Source of the DNA: Amphiscolops sp. MND2022
Taxonomy: Eukaryota
Direction of reading: 5' to 3'
Length of the DNA: 64,000 bases
Assembly: GCA_964187785.1 (NCBI GenBank)
Contig: OZ076413.1
Span: 47,494,001 to 47,558,000 of the forward strand
Shown here piece after piece: positions 1-12,265 of the stretch. The position numbers were made by a program, and so were the translations under genes. The notes beneath the pieces are model-generated. The model was not told the origin of the DNA, made no database searches, and saw nothing but the letters and a program-made list of their open reading frames with translations. Within the stretch, counting starts at the first letter, position 1. Every line of letters starts with the position of its first letter.

Positions 1-1740
1 AACACCGGAGATTTTACATACTAATATCAATCGACTGGTATAGCAGATGGCCGGCAGCATGTATTTGTGAAGCCCTAACTAGTAAAACAAGCAAAAACCT
101 TTTTGGAACAAATTATTTTACTGAATGGAATTCCACAAACAAATAGAACAGATAAAGGGACAGGTTTACTGGAAGGGAATTCAGACAAATGTGTAAAAAC
201 CTAAACATAAAATTAGTATATGTAACACCATTAATCCATACAGCCACGGGGTTGGTCGAAAGAGAAATAAAAACTCTAAAAGACCTGATGCGAACAAACT
301 TAGAAGATAATTGTAACTTAAATGAGGCATTCAGTAATGGCAATGCGAACTACCATCCATTCAAAAATAAAAGAATCACCGTTCGAACGACACAACGGTA
401 GAAAACCAAGAACGGAATTAACTAGTTACTTGCCTTTACCAACGGATAATATTGAATTTATTTCAGCTGAACTGGAAACCCTACAAGTATACTCCTTCAA
501 CGACGGAAAAGGAGGGTTCGACCAACTAATCATGAAGACACCAAGAAAGCTCAAGTGGGACGTTAGTAACAACTTTCCATATAAATTTTTGGAAACGAAA
601 CAAAACAAAAACAAATTCGAAAGCGGTTACCAATCAGAACCACAAACGGCAATAGCCGGAACAAAACATACGATAAACACTGATACAAATAAAATATTAC
701 ACCGAAATCTAGTAAGCAAACCCATATCGAATTCATTTCAGAACCCACTCTCCCGCCGGGGGAAAACAGGAGAGGGATAGACGGGCGATTTATCCAGATG
801 TCTCTGCCCTCACTTGGAACAGAAGACATGGACGAAGAAGAAACCGAAACAGAAGAAGAAGAGGAAAGAGAAAGTACTCAAGTAAGGGAGACATCAGCAG
901 AACAGATGGAAGAAAGTTTCGATCTGACCCCAACAACACCGATCGGGAGAGGAAGGCCTAAACTCGTTAGAAACCGCGACCCCAAATAACCAGGAGCGAA
1001 CAACTCGAACTACATGTCAACAACATGAATGAGCAACAGCTGGAACAAGCCATAGAAACCATTACCGAGAACCCAGCAACTACAACAATCGTCGACAATA
1101 CCGGTAATGAAAATCAAACAAAAAACGGAAATTAATGAAATTCCAAACACAATCGAACTAGATAATAATAACCAACAAATAAGAATGTCTTCCAGATTAA
1201 GATCAAATAATCCAATAATAAGGTTCGGAAACCCGTTAACACATTAACGTTTACAGGAAACACCGTTGAACAAATCAACGAAGAAATCACCCGATCGCAA
1301 AGTGTCTGAGTGACGAACGGCCGGAGGGAGAGCAAGGTGAAGCCATACCCGAAAATAGCCTCACCAAGAAGAAAAGACCGCACAGAAACCACTACACATC
1401 TGGAACTTCATGTTTAAACATTTCATGTAACCGTGTATGTGCGATACTCATTTTGTTATTAAATTGTACTAACAACTGTTTACAGTAGATCGTACAATTA
1501 GCCCGAAAGGGGAGGAATGTAGAATAGAGCGTGGTACCAGAGGTCACTATGTCATGTAAGATTACATAATTTCATAACCTTTATACTGTATGACCATTAT
1601 TATGTAAGGTACCTGCCAACGTACTGAAGCTTACTGTACTACTCTCTTATTATTATTAAAAACACATAAAATACGAAACAGCTACGATTCAGTATTACAT
1701 TCCTTACTTCTTTTCCCTTTCTTATCATCGACATTCAACA
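1..1740 (+). mobile_element. 3' part of a decayed Ty3/Gypsy LTR retrotransposon (frameshifted integrase, C-terminal tail, PPT, 3' LTR), truncated by the window edge
   Basis: Fragments ILISIDWYSRWP, GIPQTNRTDKG, LIHTATGLVEREIKTLK, SPFERHNGRKPRT and ELETLQVYSFND align colinearly with the integrase of the 28913-34222 ORF (VAVDRFSKWP, NLHTGTGLVERTIRTIK, TPFQLHYGRKPRT, PAELQVYTIQD). Several frameshifts are present. A purine tract precedes a TG start at 1518. Confidence 0.9.
1518..1740 (+). repeat. 3' LTR (~223 bp) of the decayed Gypsy element
   Basis: Starts TGTAGA directly after GCCCGAAAGGGGAGGAA (the intact element has GCCCGAGGAGGGGGGAG-TGTAGA). Ends CTTATCATCGACATTCAACA, resembling the CTTATCGAGTCTATAACA end of the intact element's LTR. 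The partner LTR is outside the window, so the right boundary is inferred. Confidence 0.7.
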
Positions 1741-2366
1741 CCAACTGTGGCTAAACTTTTGTATTTCGAGAACCAAACTCAAACTTCACTCTTCACCAAA
1801 TTCCTTCTAATATTTGCCGAAAGAAGCTATTAAAAAATTAGAGAGCGTATCACAAAAAAATTGGTAGTCTGTGGACTTCTAACTTCACAGCTACAAAACT
1901 TGTTTGGCGGCCTCAAAACAAATTTCATCCACCCAGTTTATGGGGCCGAACACTTGAATGTACGTTTTGTTCCAGAATCCTGACGTAGAAACTCGAAGTT
2001 TCAATGAACGGCGACATGTCTCTAAAGTAACCTGGTGCAAACAGCTTTGTGAATACCCTCTTAAAACCGATGTGCCCATCTTATGGAGACCTGTGTTTGA
2101 ACTGGCATGCTTTTGTCTCAGATAATTCACATTTGATTTTTTACAATTCAAAGTAATTTTCTCTTTTTACGTCAGTATTCAAATTCAAAAGGTACTTTTT
2201 AGGTTTGGAACTTTTGATCACGACGAGTTTCCTAGCGGTTTAGTGGATGTATAAAATTGGGTATGCTTCACAGCTGAATTTTCTTTTTGGAATCAAATTT
2301 TAGTTCGTGCATGAACTCTAGATATAGATTGCAATTCACAAAAGATAACCAATGACCACCGATGGC

Positions 2367-2453
2367 AAAAATATACCATCCACCAAGTTTTCCAGAAGTT
2401 TCCAGAAGTTTTCCAAAAATATACCATCCACCAAGTTTTCCAGAAGTTTTCCA
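2367..2453. repeat. short compound tandem repeat (AAAATATACCATCCACCAAGTTTTCC x2 with AGAAGTTTTCC units)
   Basis: Directly visible repeated units. Confidence 0.8.
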
Positions 2454-3234
2454 TCCAGTGACATTCGTTGGTCTAGTCGTCTGTGAAAACACTTCGAAAC
2501 CATAAGTTTTGTTTGCATGTATGATAATGAATCTACAGCGCCTGACTTGCTAGAACCGCATAACTATGTTTTGAGGTACATTAATGGCCCGGGTAGCTTT
2601 GATGAAGCTCTTTGGTCTTTAGGCCTCTTGCTCTTGAGGCAGTGTTGCAGAGCATATTTAGCTCAATGAAAACAATCAAATCGCCCATACAGATGGTAAA
2701 AAGGGAAACTGCCAGACTTTTAAGCACCAGAATGCAAGTCCTTAGACCGTTTTTTGTGCAAAATTTTGAATTTTTTAAACACTTTTTGTTAGTAGCCCGC
2801 AGCAAAACGTGGCATGGTCACGAGAGTTACAGTTTACCCTGGGTTATCCCCCGGTCGAAGTTTTCAGATATTTTGCCTCAACAACCTTCATGATTTCAGT
2901 TACCATAACAAAGTTAACTATTTACTTTTTAAATGACATCTGCCATAGTCGAATCTGAAAGGTATCCCTGCTCTTCTGAGGAATACAAGGTCGATATTTA
3001 AACATGAAATTCCCGAAACCTGATCGGGAAATTTGGATAACAAGGCAGCTTCTACGTTTGAAAGCATAAACTGAGAATTTTTCCATTGCGTTACCGACTC
3101 GATCACTTTCTTTCCGCATTTTGGGATGGCCAACATTGTTAAGTGTTCATCTGGGTTGTCACCCGGGTGATATTCTCAGTACGAGTTCATATTTGTTAGC
3201 TTCAGTTTCGACCTTTGGTTTTCTCGTTACTATG

Positions 3235-3300
3235 CGATTTTTGGTTCATAATTTTTAAAAATTTTATCGATTTTTGGTTCATAATTTTTAAAAATTTTAT
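3235..3300. repeat. perfect 33-bp tandem duplication
   Basis: CGATTTTTGGTTCATAATTTTTAAAAATTTTAT occurs at 3235-3267 and 3268-3300. Confidence 0.9.
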
Positions 3301-3432
3301 CAAAGTGTTTTTCTGACTCTTTCAGTTAGAAAAAAAACACGTTTTGGCGCAAATGCATTTTTCGACCCAGTGGGACCTTTAGCAATTTTAAAAGTTAGAA
3401 AAAAACTTTTTCAAATTCAAAGACACTCCATT

Positions 3433-3672
3433 TGATAAGTTTGTAGAGGTACCTTTTCACTTTCTTTCTTTAATAAGACTATAGGATTTGTCAAGAATGT
3501 AAGCTTATGAACTTTATTTTGAGTCTTTGCTTGAGTAAACTTTAGGCGATGATTGTTGAAAAACCAATGATTAAGTCAGTCTAGTCAATGAAAAGACGTG
3601 ATGCAAAGTTGTAGTAGTAGTGAGTCATTGACTTCTCCATTACAGCCAGCCCCATTTTACCTTGGTAAAATT
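3433..3672 (-). repeat. 3' LTR of the minus-strand BEL/Pao element (inner boundary approximate)
   Basis: TGATAAGTTTGTAGAGGTACCTT at 3433 matches TGATAAGTCCGTAGGGGTACCTT at 10185. 3540-3672 aligns with 10205-10332. About 85 bp (3456-3540) is absent from the other copy. Confidence 0.7.
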
Positions 3673-3794
3673 ATTAGGCCTAACTCCTATGTCCTAGTGG
3701 GTGGGGGGTTTCTGCTGCGTTCAAAACGTTTTAAAAACTTTTTTGGAAAATAAGTGTTCAGACAGAAGCTGTCTTTGCTGTTCGGTGTTGTTGT

Positions 3795-6700
3795 TCATTT
3801 TGTACAGAGTTTTGCTTCTTCTTCTTCTTCTTCTTCTTCTTCTTCTTCTTCTTCTTCTTCGTTGGAGTCGTCGTTGTGGTGTAGGCGTTCTTCAGTTTCT
3901 ATTGGTGAAAGGCGAATAACTGGGAATTTTGAGATTTCCTGTTCTTGTCTTGACTTCATACCGTCGTGTGTCGTGGCTGTTGTGTGTCGTTGTCGTCGAT
4001 AGATGATGTTCTTCCAATTGGCCAAAGACCTCTCGGCGTCTTTGAGGATCCAAACTATTTGGTCAACTTTCAGAGGTGCTGTGAGTTTGAGCCATATTTG
4101 TCTGGGTAAAAGTGTTGGCAGGTACTCTTTGATGAGGGGGGTCCAAACATGGTCTGCAAATTGTTGGGCATACTTCCATCTTCTGCTGTAAGTGACACGT
4201 TTGTTTTCGAATTGTCCAGGAGGCACATTGATGTGAGCTCTCCCGAGCAAAAAATGATTCGGCGAGAGGGCATCTGTATTGTTGATATCAGTGGGGACGT
4301 CATATATTAGTCGGTTGTTCAGGAACGCTCAATCTCATTCAGCGCGGTGGCGAAGGTGTCATCAGTTAGCGTCTGAGATCCAATGACTGAATAAAGAGCG
4401 TCTTTGCAGGAACGTATGAGGCGCTCCCATATTCCACCGAAGTGAGGTGCGTGTGGTGGAATAAACTTCCATTTGATTTCCTTGTTTTCTCGGAAATCCT
4501 GAAGTGGTGAAATCTTGAAGATGATTTGTAAATCATTGTCGGAGGCGACAAAATTTGTTGCGTTGTCGGAAACAAGCAGTACAGGGGTTCCACGGCGATT
4601 GAAGAAACGGCGCAAAGCGTTAATGGTGGCAGCTGTTGATACGTCTGGGCAAATTTCGAGATGTACGGCGCGAGTTGTAAAACATGTGAATATCAAAGCG
4701 TAGCGTGTTTGGTACTGATCAGCTGTTTTAGATGCGAAAGGTCCAAAAACGTCTAACCCTGTAGCGCGGAACGGAAACGGTCTGTCGGCGGGAAAACGAA
4801 ATTCAGGGAGTACGGACATCTGTGGTTGTGTGCCATAGGCATGTTGACGGCGGTAGTCGTAGCAATGCGTTATGACGCGACGAATGGCGGAACGAGCGGA
4901 TGTCATCCAAAAGGTTTGCTGAAGAACATGGCGAATGTGTGCTGTAAACCAGAGTGTTCTTCCTGGCGATGTGTTGCGAGAATGAGCAACTGTGAGATCG
5001 GATGCTTGCCATCTAATATGATTATGCGTTTTGTGTCTTTGTCAAGTTAAGACTTCTCCAAGCGACCATGTATGTTTTGTACGGTGTTAATGTTTTGATG
5101 CGGCTGCTGCATGGCAGTGGTTGTTCAAACTTGGCAGCGGAGATTTCAGAACAAAACTTTGCGTTTGAGAAAACTGTAGAAGTTTGGTCTTTGCGTTTGT
5201 GAATTCGGTAGCTGTGAGATACGGTGGCAGTGAGGTACGATATTGGGAGTTCTTGACAGAATTACGGAATATACGAACGCCGCGGTAAACGAAAGCGGTG
5301 ATACGTACAAGGCGAAACCAAGAAGAATACTTTGTGAAGTTGATGGGGAAGTCGATTGTTTGTGTGAGTTGAGCGCGGCAGGAGACAGCATCGAATGGTT
5401 TATTGAATACGGCTGGTTCCGAAGATTTTTGTAGTGTGTCGGCAGGCCAGTTTTCAGGCGTCTTCATTAGAACAAATGGACCTGTAAACCAGCAGCAAGT
5501 TTCAGTTAGATTGGCGATGGGTATGCCTCTTGTAGCGTAATCAGCGGAGTTAATGTCACCGGGACAGTGACGCCACTGATGTATACTAGTTGTTTCGAGA
5601 ATCTCGGAAACACGATTAGCAATGAAAATTTGTTGTCGCATATGTGAATTTCGGATCCATTGTATGGCGGTGGTGCTATCGGACCAGAAAAAAGTTTGTG
5701 ATATCGGTAAGGTCGATTCTCTCTTGACGAAGTTAGCGATACGCGTGCCAAGCACGGCTGCTTGGAGTTCGAGCTTTGTTATTGTATGTTGCTTGAGAGG
5801 AGCAACACGTGCTTTTCCTAAAACAAATGCGGTATCGAATGTGTCAGTGTTGGGGAAATTGTAAACGAAATAGGCAACGGCGGCGAAAGCGGAGTACGAA
5901 GCGTCGCAAAAAATGTGGAGAGACAATTGTGTGTAGTCATGTTCGAATAGATGTCGAGATAGGATTGGAGAACGAAGACTTTCCAACTCTTGGACGACAG
6001 CGTTGTCTTCCGGAAAATCATCGTTGTCGATTTGGTCATCCCATTTGTAATTTTTCCTCCAGAGTGACTGTTGAATGATTCGCAAGCGAATGACGATAGG
6101 TGCGGTTATTCCTAGAGGATCGAAATGGGATGAAATGATGTGGATTAACGTACGTTGCGTCGGTGGAAGTTCTTTCAGCTCGGAAAGTTTAGAAACGTTG
6201 GCAGACACGGTGTCGTTTTGCAATGTCCACGGTATTCCTAGGATACGTTGTTTGGCGTGCGGGATGTCGGCTGGCGATAAAGCTCGATGTTCAACGGGAA
6301 CGGCGGTCAAGAAACTTTCATTAGTAGAAACTCGTTTCGTGAGGTTGAAACCACCTTTGAGTAGCACACAGCGTAAATCTTCCATGTGCTGGATGGCTTC
6401 GAAGATGGTGTCGGTAGACAGGTAGAAGTCATTCATATAGAAATTATCGTGAACGAACGGGTAGTCGGATGCGTGATTAGCACATGTAAGCGCGCATTTT
6501 GCGCCGAAGTCATGGTGGACGTATTCGTACATTTCGGGATCTTCGGTTCCCCAGAGGAAACGAAGAAATTTCCGATCTTGAGGGCGGACCAAAAATTGCA
6601 CGTACATGCCTTCGACGTCCGCGGAAATCGGGAAATTTTCTGGCAAAAGCGTAAAATGACTCCAAGAAGGTTTGCGAGGAGGTCGGGACCTGTGAGGAGC

Positions 6701-6840
6701 ATGTCATTGAGACACGGCCCTTTGAATTTTGTGGCAGCGTTAGATACTCGGTGAACTTTCGCTTTGACAAGACTATACACACCATGTTCGGGAAGGATCC
6801 ATCCAGTTGTAGGATTTTCATGAGATTCCAGTTTGCGAAT
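3795..6840 (-). pseudogene. BEL/Pao pol pseudogene (RT, RNase H, integrase)
   Basis: ORFs 6433-6915, 5087-6646, 4319-4906 and 3795-4250 carry consecutive BEL motifs in different frames. The RT catalytic motif reads YMND instead of YMDD. Confidence 0.9.
3815..3860. repeat. (CTT)15 microsatellite, encoding poly-Glu at the end of BEL pol on the minus strand
   Basis: Directly visible; ORF 3795-4250 ends EEEEEEEEEEEEEEEAKLCTK. Confidence 0.95.
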
Positions 6841-8049
6841 GTTCCTGTTGCTGTTTTGTTCGACTGTTTGTTGGAATAATTGCGGGCATATGGTCGCAGG
6901 CAAGGTCAAAGTCACGTAACCAGGTGTTGAAAATGATAAGGTTAGGCTGAGTGATGTGGTTCTGTATGACGTATTGTGACCACTGCAGTTTTTCTTTGTG
7001 TTGTAGTTTGTTCAATGCGAACTGAACATAGACTGTGGATTGAAGATAATGGTGAAATCCTAGAGATTGAAACGTTTCCACTAAATTGTTCAAAAATGCT
7101 GAGAATTCCATGAAAGAGTCCTTGTGGTGTGTCGAGGGTGGTCTTTGTGTCTCTAATTGGGCAAGGAAGTTGCTAACAATGATGTCTGGGCGTCCAAATT
7201 GTCGCTGAAGTTCCTCCATGGCAGACTGATACAAATCAGGATTACAAGAAAACCCAGCAATTGCTTCATTGGTTTTCCCGGATGTCAGTGTTTGCAACTG
7301 CGTCGTTTTCTCGGCTACTGAGAGTGGTTATTTGTCAATCATCGTGGTGAAGAATCCATGCCACGTGTTCCATTTCATGGGATCTCCGGTGAAAGGTTCA
7401 ATTTTGATCTTTGGTCGTGACATTGGTAATGTTGAAACTTGCGGCGGATTCGTTATAATAGGTTGCTGTGAAGATGATGTAGACTGATGGGTGAGTTGGT
7501 CTCCCAACGAATCGGTAAGATGTGGCAATGCACTTGTTGAAGGCAGATGGTCGTGACTTGTAGGTTGATTATGGCTAGAAAAATGTTGTATCTGTGAAGG
7601 TTCTACTGGATCAGTGTGTTGATTCGTTTCTTTCAGCATTTGTTTGAATTGCTTGACTGTGTGATCGGTTTCGTCTTCACACCGGTAAAACTAATAATCA
7701 AGAAATCTTCAGTGATGTCTTCAGGCAAATGATTAACGAGATACACTGTTATCTGCTCAGCTTCGGCAAAATGTTCTTTCAAAGTACGTTGTGCCTGTTG
7801 GAGGTCAAAACCATTGTCTTTTTCTTGGAATGCAGTAAAGATTGTCTTGGTCAGACGCCGAATTTTAGCGAAAACAAAGTTTCTTTGACTGTGGGAGGGC
7901 TTTCATTGTTGGCTTTGCATGACTGACAATTCTAAACTCCGAACACAGGGCAGCAGATAAAAAACGACAGGGCAAACTATGTAAACTATATGAATTGTAA
8001 ACAACGAAACAAACAAGTATAACAAATGAAACAAATATCTACGTTCAGA
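6841..8049 (-). repeat. second copy of the BEL gag region (direct duplicate of 8657-9868)
   Basis: Near-identical ~1.2 kb sequence. ORFs 6818-7297 and 7328-7639 repeat ORFs 8431-9123 and 9145-9894 with scattered substitutions. Confidence 0.95.
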
Positions 8050-9894
8050 ATTTTTATGTTTACAGGGTGGGCAGGAATTTGAAGGCTCTGGTGGAAACCT
8101 GCAATTAAAAGTTGTTCTGGTTTCTGATGAAATGGCACAAGGAGTTGTTCTGCGATGTCTTTCTGGAGGTAACTGCAACTACTTCCCTTGTCCAAAAAGG
8201 CGTAGGTGCTGACAAATTGGTTGTTGAATTCTAAGGTAACGGGTACTGTGATGAGAATGGAATTCACTTTCGTATGAGGCAGTGGTGGTGTGGGCTGAGA
8301 TGCTCCCAGACTAGTCTGGTTTGGTTGTTGCTGTGGTGAGAACTGGTTCTGGGAAATTGATTGGGAAGTGCGTTTTTTTGCCTGGATATTGTCGTCGTGT
8401 AGGGCAGTGTGATGCTTGCGTTGACATTTTTTACACGTTATTCTTGAGGGGCAATCTTTGACGAAATGAGATCCTAGACAATTCAAGCACATGTTGTGTT
8501 CTTGGACGTGCTTCTGTTTCGCTTGAAGTGGAGACTCGGTGAAGATGTTGCAATGAGATGGGTGATGTGATTGCTCGTCGAAAGGTCAAGTCTGCTGTGG
8601 TCGATTGTGATTGAATGTCGACCTGTTTGGCGGTCTGTTGATTATTTTTGGATGATGTTCCTGTTGCTGTGTTGTTCGACTGTTCGTTGGAATGTTTTGC
8701 GGGCATATGGTCGCAGGCAATGTCAAAGTCACGTAACCAGGTGTTGAAAATGATAAGGTTAGGCTGAGTCATGTGGTTCTGTATGACGTATTGTGACCAC
8801 TGCAGTTTTTCTTTGTGTTGTAGTTTGTTTAATGCGAACTGAACATAGACTGTGGATTGAAGATAATGGTGAAATCCTAGAGATTGAAACGTTTCCACTA
8901 AATTGTTCAAAAATGCTGAGAATTCCATGAAAGAGTCCTTGTGGTGTGTCGAGGGTGGTCTTTGTGTCTCTAATTGGGCAAGGAAGTTGCTAACAATGAT
9001 GTCTGGGCGTCCAAATTGTCGCTGAAGTTCCTCCATGGCAGACTGATACAAATCAGGATTACAAGAAAACCCAGCAATTGCTTCATTGGTTTTCCCGGAT
9101 GTCAGTGTTTGCAAGTGCGTCATTTTTTCGGGTACTGAGAGTGGTTATTTGTCAATCATCGTGGTGAAGAGTCCATGCCACTTGTTCCATTTCATGGGAT
9201 CTCCGGTGAAAGGTTCAATTTTGATCTTTGGTCGTGACATTGGTAATGTTGAAACTTGCGGCGGATTCGTTATACTAGGTTGCTGTGAAGATGATGTAGA
9301 CTGATGGGTGAGTTGGTCTCCCAACGAATCGGGAAGATGTGGCAATGCACTTGTTGAAGGCAGATGGTCGTGACTTGTAGGTTGATTATGGCTAGAAGGT
9401 TGTTGTATCGGTGAAGGTTCTACTGGATCAGTGTGTTGATTCGTTTCTTTCAGCATTTGTTTGAATTGCGTGACTGTGTGATCGATTTCGTCTTGTAAAT
9501 CGGTAAAACTATCAATCAAGAAATCTTCAGGGATGTCTTCAGGCAAATGATCAACGAGATACATTGTTATCTGCTCAGCTTCGGCAAAATGTTCTTTCAA
9601 AGTACGTTGTGCCTGTTGGAGGTCAAAACCAATGTCTTTTTCTTGGAATGCAGTAAAGATTGCCTTGGTCAGACGCCGAATTTTAGCGAAAACAAAGTTT
9701 CTTTGACTGGTGGAGGGCTTTGAATGTTGGCTTGGCATGACTGAATAACCTAAACTCAGAACACAGGGCAGCAGAGAAAAAACCAGAGGGCAAACTATGT
9801 AAACTATATGAATTGTAAACAACGAAACAAAAAAGTATAACAAATGAAACAAATATCTACGTTCAGACCAGTATGAAGTGTCGAATCTAGGCAC
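8050..9894 (-). pseudogene. BEL/Pao gag, Zn-knuckle and partial aspartic protease pseudogene
   Basis: ORFs 9145-9894, 8431-9123 and 7986-8492, broken by an in-frame stop and a frameshift; gag and protease motifs as listed for the element. Confidence 0.88.
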
Positions 9895-10170
9895 ACTAGA
9901 AAACCTGAGCTCAAAGATTTTATATTCTAAACTTAGACTAGAGTGAAGTTGAGTAACTAGACACGCTAGAAAATCTAGGAAAATTAAGATTCAGTAAGCT
10001 AAGTTTAGGCTTACTTAGAAATTCTAGTTCAGGGTAAAGTTTAGAAAATCCTATTTGAGAAACTGCAAAATTAGGAAGTAGCAAGCAATGTGCTTTTAAT
10101 TTTGTTTAGCGAGGTAAAAAAGGGGCGTTTTTATCCTTTTGTTCGATATTGTGTAGATCCAGTTGCTGTA

Positions 10171-10184
10171 GAAGTTGGGCGCCA
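10171..10184 (-). promoter_or_regulatory. primer binding site, tRNA-Lys-like
   Basis: Minus strand reads TGGCGCCCAACTTC immediately inside the 5' LTR; TGGCGCCCAAC is the start of the known tRNA-Lys(CUU) PBS. Confidence 0.8.
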
Positions 10185-10332
10185 TGATAAGTCCGTAGGG
10201 GTACCTTTGGCGATGGTTGTTGAAAAACCAATGATTGAGTCAGTCTAGTCAATGAAAAGTCGTAATGCAAAGTTGTGGTAATAGTGAGTCATTGACCCTC
10301 TTCACTACCCCATTTTTCCACTTGGTGAAATT
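10185..10332 (-). repeat. 5' LTR of the minus-strand BEL/Pao element (internally deleted, outer end uncertain)
   Basis: Direct repeat of 3433-3672, adjacent to the PBS. Confidence 0.7.
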
Positions 10333-12064
10333 GTGAATCATTAAAAAACAGTTTCGTAAATCTTCAAAGCACTTTTAACAGGTCGCCAACTCTATATAGC
10401 TTCAACGTTTGACCTTGCTTTGAACATTGCCAACATCACTCCAGATTTTGTTTTTTTTTCCGTTGTATTTGACTTCTGTCAAGTTGTTGAAAATTTCAGC
10501 AAAAATTTTGTTGCATTTTAAATTTGCAAAATTTTTCAGGTTTCAAAATGCGGTAATGCAATTTGTTGAACCAAGCTGTCAGTAGGTTCAGCTGATACCC
10601 CCACATATGCCACTCTGTTATTGCGAAGTATTTTCAATCATGTTAAAAATTGCGAACGAGCGTGATCTTCAGCGTGTTATTTGCGAAACGATGATCATAG
10701 TCCGGTAGTTGAGAATGCAAAGTGTAAAAACATTGCGACTTTGTCGACAACCAAGTGTAATTTTTTTCGCTCTCAGTTGTAATAGTGGAAACGGCAGTGT
10801 AATCTTACAAAATGAATGGTGTAATGCCACTTTTGGTTTTTCGATCTCGTACTTAATATCTTTTCTTGCATCCACTATGAATCTAAAGACGAATTATGAT
10901 AAAATTGTTACTGGCATTAAAGGTGATCAAGACACCGCTAATCATTGTATTCAAGGTAGAATTTCAAAAACAACTGCTTTCAAAAACCTTCAAAGTGATT
11001 TTTCAGGAGTATTTGGAGGTTAGAAAGTTCTGTGGAGTCAAAATTTTAATCGATTCCACCACAAAATGTCAGTGAACATCAAACCCTTTTTCATTAACAA
11101 CTCAATTGATCAAATATTAAAAATCGAACAAAAAGCGCAAAGGTAAACCAAAATGTATTTGTTGAGAATTTGTTTAAAGGTTTCCTGTAGTTGGCCTTTA
11201 ATTTCCAGATGAAACTAGAGTTCTGATCTCTCTGATTCTTGACATTTTTTGAACCCTAGATTATGTCACAGCTATTTTTAAATGGGATCTTTGAAAAATT
11301 GCTCCAGTATGAGCATTTTGTGTTTGAATGTAACCCTGTCTATTTCAAATTTTACGTAAACTAGAATGTTTTTAGATAGAGGTGGCATCAGCTAAAACCT
11401 TTTAACCAATAAACGAACATCATTCAATTTTTGTTGATTTGAATCACCATTTTTTCAATATCAAATTCGCTTTAAAAACATTTAGTATTGATCTGAATGC
11501 GAAAACACAATCACTTCGAAAGATAAAAAGGCAGTAAGCTTGTCACTGCGTTTCATTACATTCAAAGTTGTCAGTTGGACGCACCGTTGAACAATGAGAC
11601 CCCGGTATCTGGGTTCCCTAGGTTCAGAAACTTGAGAAAAATTTTTCTCGAGAAAAACAAAAGTTTTCTAAAAAATTCGTAGCTAAAACGCATCCTTTAA
11701 CCAGATATATCTTTCAAGTAGTAACAAATTCAATCTATGGGAAAGTAATTATGATAAATTCTAGACTTTGAAGGCATTGACAATATATGCTTAAAATCTA
11801 TGAAAGTCTTCGATTCCGACACAAATAGTTAAACCGACCGGTTTTTACTTTCAAAAACGTGGATAAAACCATATCTCAAAGTTTTATATAAATATATATA
11901 AACCGAAATATAAAGTTTTTTTTGAAAATTTTTACCTGATGAAACGAAATCTTCTCCAGTTTAGGATTATGTCTTGCGGAATTTTATGCGAAAATAAAAC
12001 ATGAGGTTTATTTGTTTTATAATGAAAAATTGTTCACATAATAATATCTAATCACGTTGCTTAC

Positions 12065-12265
12065 CTGGACATCAAATGGAAAATCATGAAGCTCCATCTG
12101 TTCATGGAAGGTACCCTTGAGATGCCACCTGAGATCGAACTCCAGGATCTGTTCTTGTTTCTTCACGTTGTATCTGTACACTAGCTTCTCTTTACGAGTG
12201 TCTTCTAGGTTCAGAATCTGCAGACGGGGCACTATGTCTTCGAAGATCTTTTGTTCCTCTTCCGT
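12065..12265 (-). CDS. internal exon of a Cys-less pentameric ligand-gated ion channel subunit (extracellular domain, through the FPFD loop)
   Basis: Acceptor TTTGTTTCAG|ACG and donor CAG|GTAAGC; 201 nt, phase 0/0. Encodes TEEEQKIFEDIVPRLQILNLEDTRKEKLVYRYNVKKQEQILEFDLRWHLKGTFHEQMELHDFPFDVQ, with the PxLxxxN motif and the pLGIC signature L-x2-FPFD-x-Q. Confidence 0.8.

Larger units (their letters stand above)
3433..10332 (-). mobile_element. decayed BEL/Pao LTR retrotransposon with an internal gag duplication
   Basis: Minus-strand order: gag (IEPFTGDPMKW, QFGRPDII), Zn-knuckle (CLNCLGSHFVKDC, CKKCQRKHHTALH), protease (YAFLDKGSSCS), RT (LNDMLLTGPDL, ISADVEGMY, FYMND), RNase H (LHIFCDAS, KARVAP, TITKLELQAA, FWSDS), integrase (GLDVFGPF, FTCFTTRAVHLE, SDNATNF, APHFGGIWERLIRS). 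Direct repeats lie at both ends. The right boundary is approximate and no TSD was resolved. Confidence 0.9.

Noticed and set aside
3701..4002. Poly-Leu and poly-Ser ORFs
   Set aside because: Alternative readings of the (CTT)n microsatellite.
10669..11023. ORFs 10669-10875 (-) and 10709-11023 (+) as further channel exons
   Set aside because: No convincing splice sites or pLGIC/transmembrane motifs; they look like chance ORFs.
11935..11975. Possible third channel exon ending at a CAG|GTAAAA donor (frame DIILNWRRFRFI)
   Set aside because: The attractive frame needs a non-AG acceptor; using the real AG gives an immediate stop (ACA TAA) in phase 0.
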